DNA of 24,000 nt from Prochlorococcus sp. AG-402-I21. GTDB lineage: Bacteria; Cyanobacteriota; Cyanobacteriia; PCC-6307; Cyanobiaceae. This document shows, piece after piece, positions 1-9,285 of the stretch. Location of the stretch: contig QCHZ01000006.1 in assembly GCA_003216955.1 (NCBI GenBank), positions 26,707 through 50,706 of the forward strand, in the 5' to 3' direction. The notes under the pieces are model-generated. The model searched no databases. It worked only from the letters and a program-made list of their open reading frames with translations, and had not been told where the DNA came from. Position 1 is the stretch's first letter, and the number at the start of each line of letters is the position of its first letter. The position numbers and the translations under genes are program-made.

Positions 1-105
1 TTTTGAATTACTGCTGCTAAAAAATGACCAGCCTCATGAAAAAAAATTAGTAGGCCAAGTACAGCTATAGATAAGAGAACGTTCATTAAATAGATTTTGA
101 TTGGG

Positions 106-1386
106 TTATTCTGGCTGTAATTTGTTCGAACCGAAGTAAGGTATTAAGGCTTTTGGTAAATTGATACTTCCATCAGATTGTTGACCATTTTCCAAAATCG
201 CAGCCATGGTGCGCCCTATCGCCAAGCCACTTCCATTTAAGGTATGCAAAAGTATGTTTTTTTTATTCTTATCTTTTGTTCGTATTGAGGAACGTCTGGC
301 TTGAAAATCTCCACAATTGCTACAACTTGATATTTCTCTAAAGGCTTTTGCACCTGGAAGCCAAACTTCCAAATCATAAGTTTTTTTTGCTGAGAAACCT
401 AAGTCTCCTGTGCAAAGCTGAATTACTCGATAAGGTAGTTCGAGCTTTTGCAAAACAGACTCAGCATTTGATGTAATTTTCTCTAAAGCTTCTTCGGATT
501 CTTCTGGAGTAGAAAACCAATACAGTTCAACTTTATTGAATTGATGAAGTCTTATTAGACCTCTCGTGTCCCTTCCGTAACTCCCAGCTTCTCTTCTAAA
601 ACAAGGACTATAAGCTACGTATTTTAATGGCAGCAAATCTCTAGGAATGAGATCGCCTCGATGGAGAGATGTTATTGGAACTTCAGCTGTAGGAGTTAGC
701 CATAAATCATCATCAGCACATCGAAAGCTTTCTTCTGCAAATTTTGGCAGCTGTCCTGAGCCAGTAAGACTAGCTGTGTTTACAAGGGCTGGAGGAAGAA
801 CTTCTAAATATCCTTTCTTAACATGTAAATCAAGCATGAAATTTATAAGTGATCTCTCAAGTTTTGCTGCTTGGTTGAAAAGGGTTACAAATCGACTTTT
901 GGCTATTACTGAGGATTTTTCACTATCCCAGAGGTTTAATTGATTAGCTAGTTCCCAATGTTCTTTTAAATTATTTCCTGAAATAGGTTCACCCCATCTT
1001 TTTATTTCCTTGTTATCTTTTTCGTTTTTCCCTTTAATAGAGTCTTTTTCTGGAAGGTTAGGCAAACAAAGGATTTGTTCATTTAATTTATGTGAAATAG
1101 ATTTTTCTTTCTCTTCAATAATCCCAACTTGTTTTTTTATTTGATTGCCCTTAATGCGAAGATTTGAAACCTCCTCAGAATCTTGAGAAAAACCTTGTTT
1201 TATCTTTTGGCCAACCTCTTTCCCAATTGAATTCCCCTGAGCTTGTAGAGAATTTCTCTTTTCTTCAAGTTCTTTAAGATCTTTGCAGAATTTTTGAAGA
1301 GGTCCTAAATCAATATCCATTCCTCTTGATTTAAGCCCTTCCGCAATTAAATTAGGATTTTCTCTTAGAAGTCTCTGGTCTATCAC
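106..1386 (-). CDS. serS: Seryl-tRNA synthetase
   Basis: 426-aa ORF. The N-terminus (MIDQRLLRENPNLI...) leads into a K/E-rich coiled-coil arm. Class-II aaRS core motifs are present (FRREAGSYGRDTRGLIRLHQF, GSGLAIGRTMAAILEN). Confidence 0.96.
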   Translation of the reverse strand: MIDQRLLRENPNLIAEGLKSRGMDIDLGPLQKFCKDLKELEEKRNSLQAQGNSIGKEVGQKIKQGFSQDSEEVSNLRIKGNQIKKQVGIIEEKEKSISHKLNEQILCLPNLPEKDSIKGKNEKDNKEIKRWGEPISGNNLKEHWELANQLNLWDSEKSSVIAKSRFVTLFNQAAKLERSLINFMLDLHVKKGYLEVLPPALVNTASLTGSGQLPKFAEESFRCADDDLWLTPTAEVPITSLHRGDLIPRDLLPLKYVAYSPCFRREAGSYGRDTRGLIRLHQFNKVELYWFSTPEESEEALEKITSNAESVLQKLELPYRVIQLCTGDLGFSAKKTYDLEVWLPGAKAFREISSCSNCGDFQARRSSIRTKDKNKKNILLHTLNGSGLAIGRTMAAILENGQQSDGSINLPKALIPYFGSNKLQPE

Positions 1387-1508
1387 TATCTAAATATTGA
1401 AGTGCTTTTAGCCTAATCGTTAATTGTTCCTAAAAATATTCACTCTTGTAATTCCTTCTAAATTCAATAACTATTTTGATTAATTAAAATAAAAACTATG
1501 AAAAAATT

Positions 1509-2987
1509 CTAAAAAAGTTTTGGAGATGAAGCTCTTGCTCTGCCGCTAGAAGCCCAATCTTTTAGAGATTCAAGTTGTTCTCTTGCCGTTCTAGAAAGAG
1601 GAACTAGTTGACTTGTGGCGAGTATTAAATCACCTTCAACAAGCTCTCTTTTTTCTGCGAATGCAAGGTACATTGCCTCTATGACTGCTTGTTCTAATTC
1701 TGCACCTGAGAAACCTTCTGTTCTATCGACAGCAACATTTAAATTAATATCTAAATTAGGTCTTCGTTTTTGAAGATGAAGTTCAAGAATGCTATGTCTT
1801 TCGCTTCTGGAGGGCAATTCCAGCATGAAAATTTCATCAAATCTTCCTTTCCTCAATAGTTCAGCAGGAAGCTTATCTATTCCATTTGCAGTAGCTACAA
1901 GAAAAACAGATGAAGTTTTCTCTGACATCCACGTGAGAATATTTGCAAGAACTCTTTGACTAGTTCCTCCATCACTCCTACCATCCCCACCAAAAGCTTT
2001 GTCAATTTCGTCAATCCATAGAATGCAAGGTGCCATTGCTTCGGCGCGCTGAATGGTCTCTCTGGTTCTTGCTTCACTTGCTCCAACTAAGCCAGCAAAT
2101 AATCTTCCTACATCAAGTCTTAATAAGGGCATAGACCAGCTGTTTGCTATCACTTTCGCTACAAGCGTTTTGCCTGTCCCTTGAGGGCCAACTAGTAAAA
2201 CCCCTTTAGGCAATGGCAATCCAAAATTTTTTGCTTCTTCTGAGAAGGCTTGTTTCCTTTGCTTCAGCCAATCTTTCAATATTTGTAAACCACCAACATC
2301 ATTTGGCGACTTATTTGTTTCGCAATATTCCAGTACCTCGCTGCGAGCAATAGATTGGCGTTTCTCTTCCAGTACTTCTATTAAATCTTCTTTACCAATT
2401 TGACCTCTTTGAGCAAGAGCTCTAGCTGCTACTTTACGGATTCTTGATTCACTAAGGCCCCCACATGCATTTGTAAGTTCTTTTAGAACATGATCATCTA
2501 ATTGCGAATTACTTGCTTCAGCAATGTTTGATAAAAGTGTCTTAATTTCTTTTTCTTTAGGTAGGGGAAGATCCAGAATCGTTAGGTCTTCTTCTAAATC
2601 ATTTGAAGGGCTCCATAACCCAGAACTTATAATTATTGTATGTGGCTTTGAGCGCAAGTTAATAGTTAAATTTTTTAGCATTCTTAGAATGCCTGGATCT
2701 TCACAGAAATGGTGAAAATCTTTTAAAAGAAGAATGGTTGGAGAACTTTCATCCAGCTTTTTAAGCCACTCAAGGACGACCATTGGCTGTCTAGAACCTA
2801 GATTATTAGAATTAAGAACATTATTAATTCCATCTATGTAATCCCAAGTTGCAAGTCTTCTGGGGGTAAGCCTTTTAGTAGAATTTTTTAAAAGTGTTTC
2901 AATTCTTTCCTCTTCATTACTTCTTATCCAAATAATAGGAGTTCTTGCTCGAATTAGTAGATCAAGTTGTTCTTCCCAATTAGACAT
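1509..2987 (-). CDS. AAA+ ATPase, Ycf46-like
   Basis: 492-aa ORF. The C-terminal AAA module has Walker A GPQGTGKT, Walker B ILWIDEID and the second region of homology (ATANGIDKLPAELLRKGRFD). The ~230-aa non-ATPase N-terminal domain matches the architecture of cyanobacterial/plastid Ycf46. Confidence 0.85.
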   Translation of the reverse strand: MSNWEEQLDLLIRARTPIIWIRSNEEERIETLLKNSTKRLTPRRLATWDYIDGINNVLNSNNLGSRQPMVVLEWLKKLDESSPTILLLKDFHHFCEDPGILRMLKNLTINLRSKPHTIIISSGLWSPSNDLEEDLTILDLPLPKEKEIKTLLSNIAEASNSQLDDHVLKELTNACGGLSESRIRKVAARALAQRGQIGKEDLIEVLEEKRQSIARSEVLEYCETNKSPNDVGGLQILKDWLKQRKQAFSEEAKNFGLPLPKGVLLVGPQGTGKTLVAKVIANSWSMPLLRLDVGRLFAGLVGASEARTRETIQRAEAMAPCILWIDEIDKAFGGDGRSDGGTSQRVLANILTWMSEKTSSVFLVATANGIDKLPAELLRKGRFDEIFMLELPSRSERHSILELHLQKRRPNLDINLNVAVDRTEGFSGAELEQAVIEAMYLAFAEKRELVEGDLILATSQLVPLSRTAREQLESLKDWASSGRARASSPKLF

Positions 2988-3044
2988 CAGTTATCAAGTA
3001 GGAGCTAGATAAAGCTGAATTAATATAATATCTTCTTATTAAAT

Positions 3045-4193
3045 TTATTTATTACTTTTTGGTTCAAACGGTAATCTATCGGAATCAGATAATACTTCTG
3101 AAGTAACAGATACAGCAGGTTTATCCTGCTGGTTTAGTTGTTCATCCAGAATTTTTTGTAAATTCTCTGGAAGAGATTCTCTGCTAAGGAGAAATGTTTG
3201 TAATCCTTGAAAAATATTTGCAATGACCATATAAAGCAAAACTCCAGCAGGTAGAGGGAAAAATAAGAACATTCCCGTAATCATTATCGGTGTAACTTTA
3301 TTTGCAGTTGATTGTTGTTTGTTTACAGGCATCCCTCTTCCAGAAAGCACCTGAGAAATTACGAGTGTTAAACCAAAACCTGCTACAAGAATTGCAATAT
3401 CCCAATGAATTGCCCCATCTACATAAAAGCCAACATTCCCTAATGCTTTTATAAATAAGAAACCGCTTTTGGCTGCTAGACCAGGTATCTTTGCTTCTAC
3501 AGTCGCATCACCAGGATTAAGGGCATTTACAGTTCCGTCAGGGGAGACTTTTACGATGTCTTCTCCTTTAGTGACTTTCCAAGAGGGAGAAAATTTCGCT
3601 CCATTTTCATATTTCTTCAATTCGTTGACATATGAATCTCCACTCATCGTTTGCAAGTTTATTTTAACTGAATCGCCTGAACCGATCTTTGTGCCGCCAG
3701 GTAGAGATGCAATAACAGGGAAATGATTTTTTTCAGTTATGAATATGGAATGCTTAGCAGTCTTGAAAGGTTTGGGCTCTATGGCTGCTATTTGGTCTGA
3801 TGGCAGAACTTTTAAATTTACTAGATATGGCACGTCAGCAAAAGGTGAACCTCTAAGAGTTGCAAATAAAGCAAATAAAATAGGCATTTGAACAAGGAGA
3901 GGAAGACAACCTGCTAATGGACTCCCGAATTCACCCATTAATTTACCTAATTCTTCCTGTTGCTTTTGAGGATTGCTTGCGTAGCGGCTTTTAATCTCAG
4001 CCTGTCTTTTTTGCATAACAGGTTGAGCTATTTTCATCCTTCTTGCGCTTCTAATTGAGCCAGCGCTAAGAGGAAAAAGTGCTAAGCGGATAACTATGGT
4101 TAATGCGACAATCGCTAGTCCGTAACTAGGAACTAATCCGTAGAAAAAATCTAGGATCGGGATAAGTAGATTGTCGGAGATGTACCCGATCAC
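3045..4193 (-). CDS. yidC: Membrane protein insertase YidC/Oxa1/Alb3 family
   Basis: 382-aa ORF. Conserved core helices are present ([54 protein letters not shown]). It lies downstream of rpmH-rnpA, as in most bacteria. Confidence 0.93.
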   Translation of the reverse strand: MIGYISDNLLIPILDFFYGLVPSYGLAIVALTIVIRLALFPLSAGSIRSARRMKIAQPVMQKRQAEIKSRYASNPQKQQEELGKLMGEFGSPLAGCLPLLVQMPILFALFATLRGSPFADVPYLVNLKVLPSDQIAAIEPKPFKTAKHSIFITEKNHFPVIASLPGGTKIGSGDSVKINLQTMSGDSYVNELKKYENGAKFSPSWKVTKGEDIVKVSPDGTVNALNPGDATVEAKIPGLAAKSGFLFIKALGNVGFYVDGAIHWDIAILVAGFGLTLVISQVLSGRGMPVNKQQSTANKVTPIMITGMFLFFPLPAGVLLYMVIANIFQGLQTFLLSRESLPENLQKILDEQLNQQDKPAVSVTSEVLSDSDRLPFEPKSNK

Positions 4194-4277
4194 GGTTTTT
4201 AAGTAAGAAAGTTTGAGGTTGTAAAGCCAGTTTGCCTTAGAAGATGTGCTCTTGTCTCACATATTTGTGAGGGCTCA

Positions 4278-4688
4278 TTAGTTTGAAAAGCCCTGAACAT
4301 CCTTGTCGGGTTTATTGGTGGGTGATTTTTCTATTTTTTTAAGAATGTAAGATTCTGTTTCTCGAAAGTTTGGAATTGATCTCATCTCAAGCCGAGCTCC
4401 GTCTTTTAGAACTAGCACCATATCACCATAAGATCCTAACCCCCTTGGAATTGCTCTAATTTCAGCAATTTGACTATAAACAACTTGGGTTTTATCTCTG
4501 CCTAACCAACCACCTGTTACAGATATTCTACGAGTAGTTATTTTGTATCTTACCCAAAGGGCTCTAACTAAGGCTCCAAAAGTAAAAGGTAAACCTATTA
4601 ATGTTATCCCAGCCATCAAATTTATTATTAAATCTCCACTTGCAGGTCCACCTTCGTAAAAAATGTCTTCATTGGGACTAATTGTCAT
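4278..4688 (-). CDS. Membrane-anchored bacterial PH-domain (bPH_2/DUF304-like) protein
   Basis: 136-aa ORF with two N-terminal hydrophobic helices followed by a beta-rich segment (RRISVTGGWLGRDKTQVVYSQIAEIR...GDMVLVLKDG). Its ATG overlaps the rnpA stop as ATGA (4685-4688), which implies translational coupling. Confidence 0.7.
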   Translation of the reverse strand: MTISPNEDIFYEGGPASGDLIINLMAGITLIGLPFTFGALVRALWVRYKITTRRISVTGGWLGRDKTQVVYSQIAEIRAIPRGLGSYGDMVLVLKDGARLEMRSIPNFRETESYILKKIEKSPTNKPDKDVQGFSN

Positions 4689-5080
4689 TTTGTAATACCA
4701 GCCTTGATGAGTAGTTTGTCACATTCTTTAAGAAGAGTGATGTTGGATTTATCCATACACGTGGGCTTTAAGGAAATAAATACCCAAACTTCTTTATCTA
4801 CTAACATTTTAGATAGTTTGTATGACAGGTGATGGTGGAATAACCGTCGTAGCTTATTTCTAGTAACCGATTTTTTACTTACTTTATTACTTATTGATAT
4901 GGCGCATTTTATAGAAGGCTTAATGTTTGATTTGACTCCTTTGACTCCTTTGACATGAAGCTTTTTATTTGCTTTTGTAACTCTAAGAACCATTGAAGGG
5001 CTGAAGAACCTTGAGCCCTCTTTATATATAAAGTCAAAACATCTATGACCTTTTAGTCTCATATGTTTTGGCAAAACCAT
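4685..5080 (-). CDS. rnpA: Ribonuclease P protein component
   Basis: 131-aa very basic ORF immediately downstream of rpmH. The N-terminus LPKHMRLKGHRCFDFIYKEG fits the RnpA pattern, and the synteny is the classical rpmH-rnpA arrangement. Confidence 0.85.
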   Translation of the reverse strand: MVLPKHMRLKGHRCFDFIYKEGSRFFSPSMVLRVTKANKKLHVKGVKGVKSNIKPSIKCAISISNKVSKKSVTRNKLRRLFHHHLSYKLSKMLVDKEVWVFISLKPTCMDKSNITLLKECDKLLIKAGITK

Positions 5081-5121
5081 TAGAAGAAACTTTTTTGTAA
5101 GTATCTTTATTTGAGCTTTTT

Positions 5122-5259
5122 TTAAACAGTTAAACGAGCTCTTCCACGTTTTCTACGAGTTCTTACAACTCTCCTTCCAGTATGAGATCTCATCCTCACT
5201 CTGAAACCAGAAACTCTCTTCCTTTTTCTACTAGTTCCTCCAAAGGTCCTTTTTGTCAT
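5122..5259 (-). CDS. rpmH: 50S ribosomal protein L34
   Basis: Not in the ORF track because it is under 60 aa. Hand translation of the minus strand gives [45 protein letters not shown], the canonical L34 sequence. ATG is at 5259 and TAA at 5122-5124. Confidence 0.95.
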   Translation of the reverse strand: MTKRTFGGTSRKRKRVSGFRVRMRSHTGRRVVRTRRKRGRARLTV

Positions 5260-5307
5260 TTCTATTTATGCTCGTATTGGATTAGATATAAAGGTTAATT
5301 TATCAGT

Positions 5308-5883
5308 TCACTGTACGTCTATGTTCCAAGTCCCTAAATATGTTGAGATAGGAATGTCGCCTCCTTTTTGGGAGATTGCTCGGAATTGAAACATACCTCT
5401 TTTTCTAGGATTGAAAATTTTCATTACTACAGCATAATTATCCTTGTTTTTAGGTATTGGTCTTTCCGGGAAGATTTCAATACTGGTTTGTTTATCGTTA
5501 ACTTTTATTAGAGAAGGGATGTTTTCTAAACAACGAGTTCTTTCTGTATATCCACCAACTTTAACCTTGCAGAGACTTAATTTTTTTGTTTTGATTTTTG
5601 CTTCAAAATAATCAGGGACTGCAATCGTCAATTTTTCAATATCCTCTGTTCTCTCTTTCCCTTTGAGGAAGAAGTAATAAGTCGATCTTTCATTCCTTTC
5701 AGAAGAGGATTGATAATATTTAAGTCTCTTATATCCAGGCTCGGGATCCCATTGGTATTCAAAGAACCCTGGGGATGCAAAAGATTTTGGAGCTAGAGTA
5801 GAAGCCCCTGTCCCAAATAAAAAAGCTGAAAATCCAATAAAAAAAACTTTTTTGAAGATTGATAATAATTTCTTTTTGAACAT
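5308..5883 (-). CDS. Secreted hypothetical protein (possibly DUF2808-like)
   Basis: 191-aa ORF with an N-terminal signal-like hydrophobic segment (FIGFSAFLFGTGASTLAPKSFA). The family assignment is from memory only and is not verified. Confidence 0.6.
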   Translation of the reverse strand: MFKKKLLSIFKKVFFIGFSAFLFGTGASTLAPKSFASPGFFEYQWDPEPGYKRLKYYQSSSERNERSTYYFFLKGKERTEDIEKLTIAVPDYFEAKIKTKKLSLCKVKVGGYTERTRCLENIPSLIKVNDKQTSIEIFPERPIPKNKDNYAVVMKIFNPRKRGMFQFRAISQKGGDIPISTYLGTWNIDVQ

Positions 5884-5982
5884 AACTTGAAGTTTTCAGA
5901 AATATTAATCACTTGAATATTTTTCAAGTGCATTTGTACGATCTTCGATGAATATAAGCGTTTGTTGGAAAAAAATCTGGAT

Positions 5983-6360
5983 TTATCGATCTGGACGCAA
6001 ATTTTTTGCTTTACCAAGATAAGGATTTTGTGGTATTTGCTCGTTTGGTAAAGAAACGTAAGCAAGTAGACGAATACATTTCGGTAAATCGTCTTTAACA
6101 AACATCTGCTGACAATCTAAAAGTGCGATTTTTTCCCAGCCAGTTTTTTTTCTAGCAATTGAAGCTGGGAAACAAGCATCTAAGTCTGACGTCACGGAGA
6201 AAGTAACAGAAATAATTTGATCTGGGATCAAATTATTTCTAGAAACTAATTCAACTAACAATTCCTCTACGGCCGAAGTGATTGACTCAATTGAATTGTT
6301 TTCACAAGTCGTTGCTCCCCTTAATGCACGCAGACAAGAGAATTGATTTTGAAAATTCAT
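5983..6360 (-). CDS. aroH: Chorismate mutase, AroH class
   Basis: 125-aa ORF of the right size for monofunctional AroH. It has the hallmark N-terminal LRALRGATTCENNSIESITSAVEELL. Its start overlaps the sppA stop as ATGA (6357-6360). Confidence 0.85.
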   Translation of the reverse strand: MNFQNQFSCLRALRGATTCENNSIESITSAVEELLVELVSRNNLIPDQIISVTFSVTSDLDACFPASIARKKTGWEKIALLDCQQMFVKDDLPKCIRLLAYVSLPNEQIPQNPYLGKAKNLRPDR

Positions 6361-7166
6361 GGCTTATAGAGCCAAAGAATTTGTCCATTTCCTTCCAACT
6401 CTAGGTTTAATGCATTTATAAGATTGTGAATTAATTTACCTCCAGGCAAAAAACCTAGTAATTTTTTTTTGTTTTTGCCAAAGGTAATAGGTTTTGTTTT
6501 TTCATCTAGGTTTGCAATTTTTATAGCAAGTAATTTTGCATCATTTTCATCACCAATTTCATCCACTAGTCCAAATTCTTTTGCTTGCTCTCCAGTAAAA
6601 ACTCTTCCATCGGCAAAACTTTTAACAACTTCTTTGGTTAAATTTCTACCTTTTGAAACTGCCAAAACAAATTGTTCGTAACTACTATCAATCAAAGATT
6701 GTAGTAAAGCTCTCTCTTCAGTTGATAAAGGGCGATCAGGAGAAAGAATATCTTTATAAATTCCACTTTTTACAGTCTCGAATTTAATGCCAACCTTTTC
6801 TAATAACTTAGATAGGTTGTTACCTCTTAAAATCACACCAATAGACCCTGTTATTGTTCCTGGATTGGCAACAATTCTTTCAGCAGCTACTCCTATGTAG
6901 ACGCCCCCTGAAGCAGAGATATTGCCAAAACTAGCTACAACATGACAACCTTTCTCTCTTAGCCTCAAGAGAGCGCTATGGATTTCTTGGCTATCACCAA
7001 CTGTTCCCCCAGGGCTATCAATGCGAAGTAATAGGGCTGGAAACTCTCTTTCCTCAATTTGCTTTAATGCTTTTAGAACATTCTTTCGAGTTTCTGAATT
7101 GATAGCACCTTCAATACAGATTCGTGCCATTCTTTTTTTGGATTTTCGTCTCAAGGGCCAAATCAT
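6357..7166 (-). CDS. sppA: Signal peptide peptidase SppA, 36K type
   Basis: 269-aa ORF with ClpP/crotonase-like S49 motifs (LLRIDSPGGTV, ASGGVYIGVAAERIVANPGTITGSIGV). Confidence 0.9.
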   Translation of the reverse strand: MIWPLRRKSKKRMARICIEGAINSETRKNVLKALKQIEEREFPALLLRIDSPGGTVGDSQEIHSALLRLREKGCHVVASFGNISASGGVYIGVAAERIVANPGTITGSIGVILRGNNLSKLLEKVGIKFETVKSGIYKDILSPDRPLSTEERALLQSLIDSSYEQFVLAVSKGRNLTKEVVKSFADGRVFTGEQAKEFGLVDEIGDENDAKLLAIKIANLDEKTKPITFGKNKKKLLGFLPGGKLIHNLINALNLELEGNGQILWLYKP

Positions 7167-7219
7167 TCAAATTATGCATAACTTTATTGATCTTAAAAAG
7201 GAGATTGCTTTCTGACCTT

Positions 7220-8170
7220 ATGTTTGTCATTTGGAATTGGTTTTTGATGATTTTGCCGTTTGCTCTTTGGGGAACCTCAATGGCCGCGATGGCACCTTTG
7301 GTTAATGCAGCGGGACCTGAGATTGTTGCCTCACTAAGGCTTTTGCCTGCAGGCCTAGTAGTTTTAGCTTCAGTACCTTTCTTAAAGAGGAGTTGGAATA
7401 TTTCAAAAGATGATTTGGTGTGGTTTTTAGTATTTACTTTGATTGATGCAACCCTTTTTCAGATTTTTCTAGCTAAAGGGTTAATGGAAACTGGTGCAGG
7501 CTTGGGTTCTGTTCTTATTGATTCCCAACCTTTGATGGTTGCTCTATTAGCAAGAATTTTGTTTGGAGATGCAATAAATCCAATTGGATGGCTTGGATTG
7601 GTGCTTGGATTGGTTGGCATAATTTGTCTTGGGGTACCTACTGAGTTGCTAGGGAATTGGTTTTTGCTTGGCAAATTTGAATCGGGAAGTAATTTTTTAA
7701 GCCATGGGGAAGTATGGATGATATGTGCAGCGACCTCGATGGCTTTAGGAACGGTGTTGATTAGATTTGCTTGTAGAAACAGCGATCCTGTTGCTGTAAC
7801 TGGATGGCATATGGTTTTGGGAAGTGTTCCTCTTCTGGTATGGCATGTTTTCGATAAAAATTGGCCGTTAATTCCTGATTGGTCGGCTTTTGAATGGACT
7901 TTGATGTCTTATTCAAGTTTTTTGGGTGGCGCACTGGCCTATGGATTATTTTTTTGGTTTGCAAGCCGAAAAGAATTAACAAGCTTTAGTACGCTTGCAT
8001 TTTTAACACCTGTATTTGCCTTGATTACTGGCGGAATTTGGTTGGGCGAGAGACTTTTACTCCTACAGTGGATTGGGGTGACTTTGGTTTTAATTTCAGT
8101 ACTATTTGTAAGTCAGAGGAGAAGATTCTGGGGGGATAAAAGCAATAATGAATTAATAAAAGAGGCCTAA
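7220..8170 (+). CDS. DMT-superfamily (EamA-domain) permease
   Basis: About 10 predicted TM helices in two EamA-like halves. The start is moved to the ATG at 7220 (MFVIWNWFLMILPFALWGTS...), because the track start at 7124 would overlap the divergent sppA 5' end. Confidence 0.8.
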   Translation: MFVIWNWFLMILPFALWGTSMAAMAPLVNAAGPEIVASLRLLPAGLVVLASVPFLKRSWNISKDDLVWFLVFTLIDATLFQIFLAKGLMETGAGLGSVLIDSQPLMVALLARILFGDAINPIGWLGLVLGLVGIICLGVPTELLGNWFLLGKFESGSNFLSHGEVWMICAATSMALGTVLIRFACRNSDPVAVTGWHMVLGSVPLLVWHVFDKNWPLIPDWSAFEWTLMSYSSFLGGALAYGLFFWFASRKELTSFSTLAFLTPVFALITGGIWLGERLLLLQWIGVTLVLISVLFVSQRRRFWGDKSNNELIKEA

Positions 8171-8175
8171 GTTAA

Positions 8176-9285
8176 ATGATAAATAAGCAATTAAAACTTA
8201 TTCTTGTGAGCACCCCTATAGGTTATCTGGGAAGTGGCAAGGGCGGAGGAGTTGAACTCACTATTGTTTCTCTTATAAAAGGATTAATTTATTTAGGTCA
8301 TGAAATTATTTTAATTGCACCAAAAGGATCAAAATTGCCTTTTGAAAGTGAATTACTTGAAATAAGATTAATAGATGGAATTGATCAACCTAGTTGGCAA
8401 CATCTGAAGAAGAAAGATCCAGTTTTAATTCCTTTTAATGGTGTTTTACCAAAGTTATGGGAAGAAGTAATTAATATCGCAAATGAATCAGATGCAGTTA
8501 TTAATTTTGCATATGATTGGCTTCCCTTATGGTTAACAAAAATTCAGTTAATTAAAATATTTCACTTAATTAGCATGGGTGATGAATCACTAATAATGAA
8601 AGATATTATTAGTGAAATAAGTCATTTATTTCCTTTTCAGTTGGCTTTTCATACTAAAAGTCAATCTAAAGATTATTCCTTAAAAACTGATCCAATAATT
8701 GTCGGCAATGGTTTTGATATGGAAAACTATTTATTCAATGAAAATGTGAATGGACCATTAGGTTGGGCAGGAAGAATTGCGCCAGAAAAAGGTTTAGAAG
8801 ATGCAGTAAAAGTTGCGAATTATTTAGGAGAAAAATTATTGGTTTGGGGATTTATAGAAGATAAAAAATATGCCTTTGAAATTGAAAATTCTTTCACAAA
8901 AGAAATTATTGAGTGGAGAGGATTTCTTCCAACGGATAAATTTCAAGAACAATTAGGACGATGTAGAGCGTTGATAAACACCCCTAAATGGAATGAGGCC
9001 TACGGTAACGTGATTGTTGAAGCGATGGCTTGTGGTGTCCCCGTAATTGCATATGATCTAGGTGGACCTGGGGAATTGATCGAAGATGGAGTCAATGGCT
9101 TTTTGGTTAAGCCTAATGATATTGAGGGCTTGATAAAAGCAACAAAATCAATCTCAGAAATCAAAAGACAAAATTGTAGGAATTGGGTTGAAAAAAAAGC
9201 CTCTAACAAAGTCTTTGCAGAACGAGTGGAGAATTGGCTTAATAAAGGCTTAAATAAAAAAATCTCTGAAGACATTCAAGATTAA
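8176..9285 (+). CDS. Glycosyltransferase, GT4 (GT-B fold) family
   Basis: 369-aa ORF. The N-terminus carries a G-rich motif (GSGKGGGVE). The C-terminus carries the GT4 EX7E-type region (EAYGNVIVEAMACGVPVIAYDLGGPGELIEDGVNGFLV). Confidence 0.85.
   Translation: MINKQLKLILVSTPIGYLGSGKGGGVELTIVSLIKGLIYLGHEIILIAPKGSKLPFESELLEIRLIDGIDQPSWQHLKKKDPVLIPFNGVLPKLWEEVINIANESDAVINFAYDWLPLWLTKIQLIKIFHLISMGDESLIMKDIISEISHLFPFQLAFHTKSQSKDYSLKTDPIIVGNGFDMENYLFNENVNGPLGWAGRIAPEKGLEDAVKVANYLGEKLLVWGFIEDKKYAFEIENSFTKEIIEWRGFLPTDKFQEQLGRCRALINTPKWNEAYGNVIVEAMACGVPVIAYDLGGPGELIEDGVNGFLVKPNDIEGLIKATKSISEIKRQNCRNWVEKKASNKVFAERVENWLNKGLNKKISEDIQD

Noticed and set aside
647-943. 98-aa plus-strand ORF inside serS, and similar antisense ORFs at 1895-2086, 2524-2715, 3469-3726, 6469-6681, 7021-7215, 7459-7674, 7761-7982, 9000-9275, 9282-9470, 11551-11787, 11844-12056, 15634-15990 and 23512-23946
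   Set aside because: All lie antisense to, or out of frame within, longer ORFs that carry strong family motifs. Their sequences are low-complexity or compositionally odd, and none has independent support.
5793-6101. 102-aa minus-strand ORF bridging the 5308-5883 gene and aroH
   Set aside because: It overlaps the 5' end of one real gene and the 3' end of another in a different frame. Its K/I/L/F-rich sequence is typical of AT-rich read-through.
7124-7219. N-terminal extensions offered by the ORF track (7124 for the DMT gene, 12175 for isiB, 13091 and 20482 TTG starts)
   Set aside because: The extensions are non-conserved-looking and AT-rich. They overlap divergent genes or precede the canonical N-termini (e.g. 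MTVGIYFATTTGKT of flavodoxin). Internal ATG starts are preferred.
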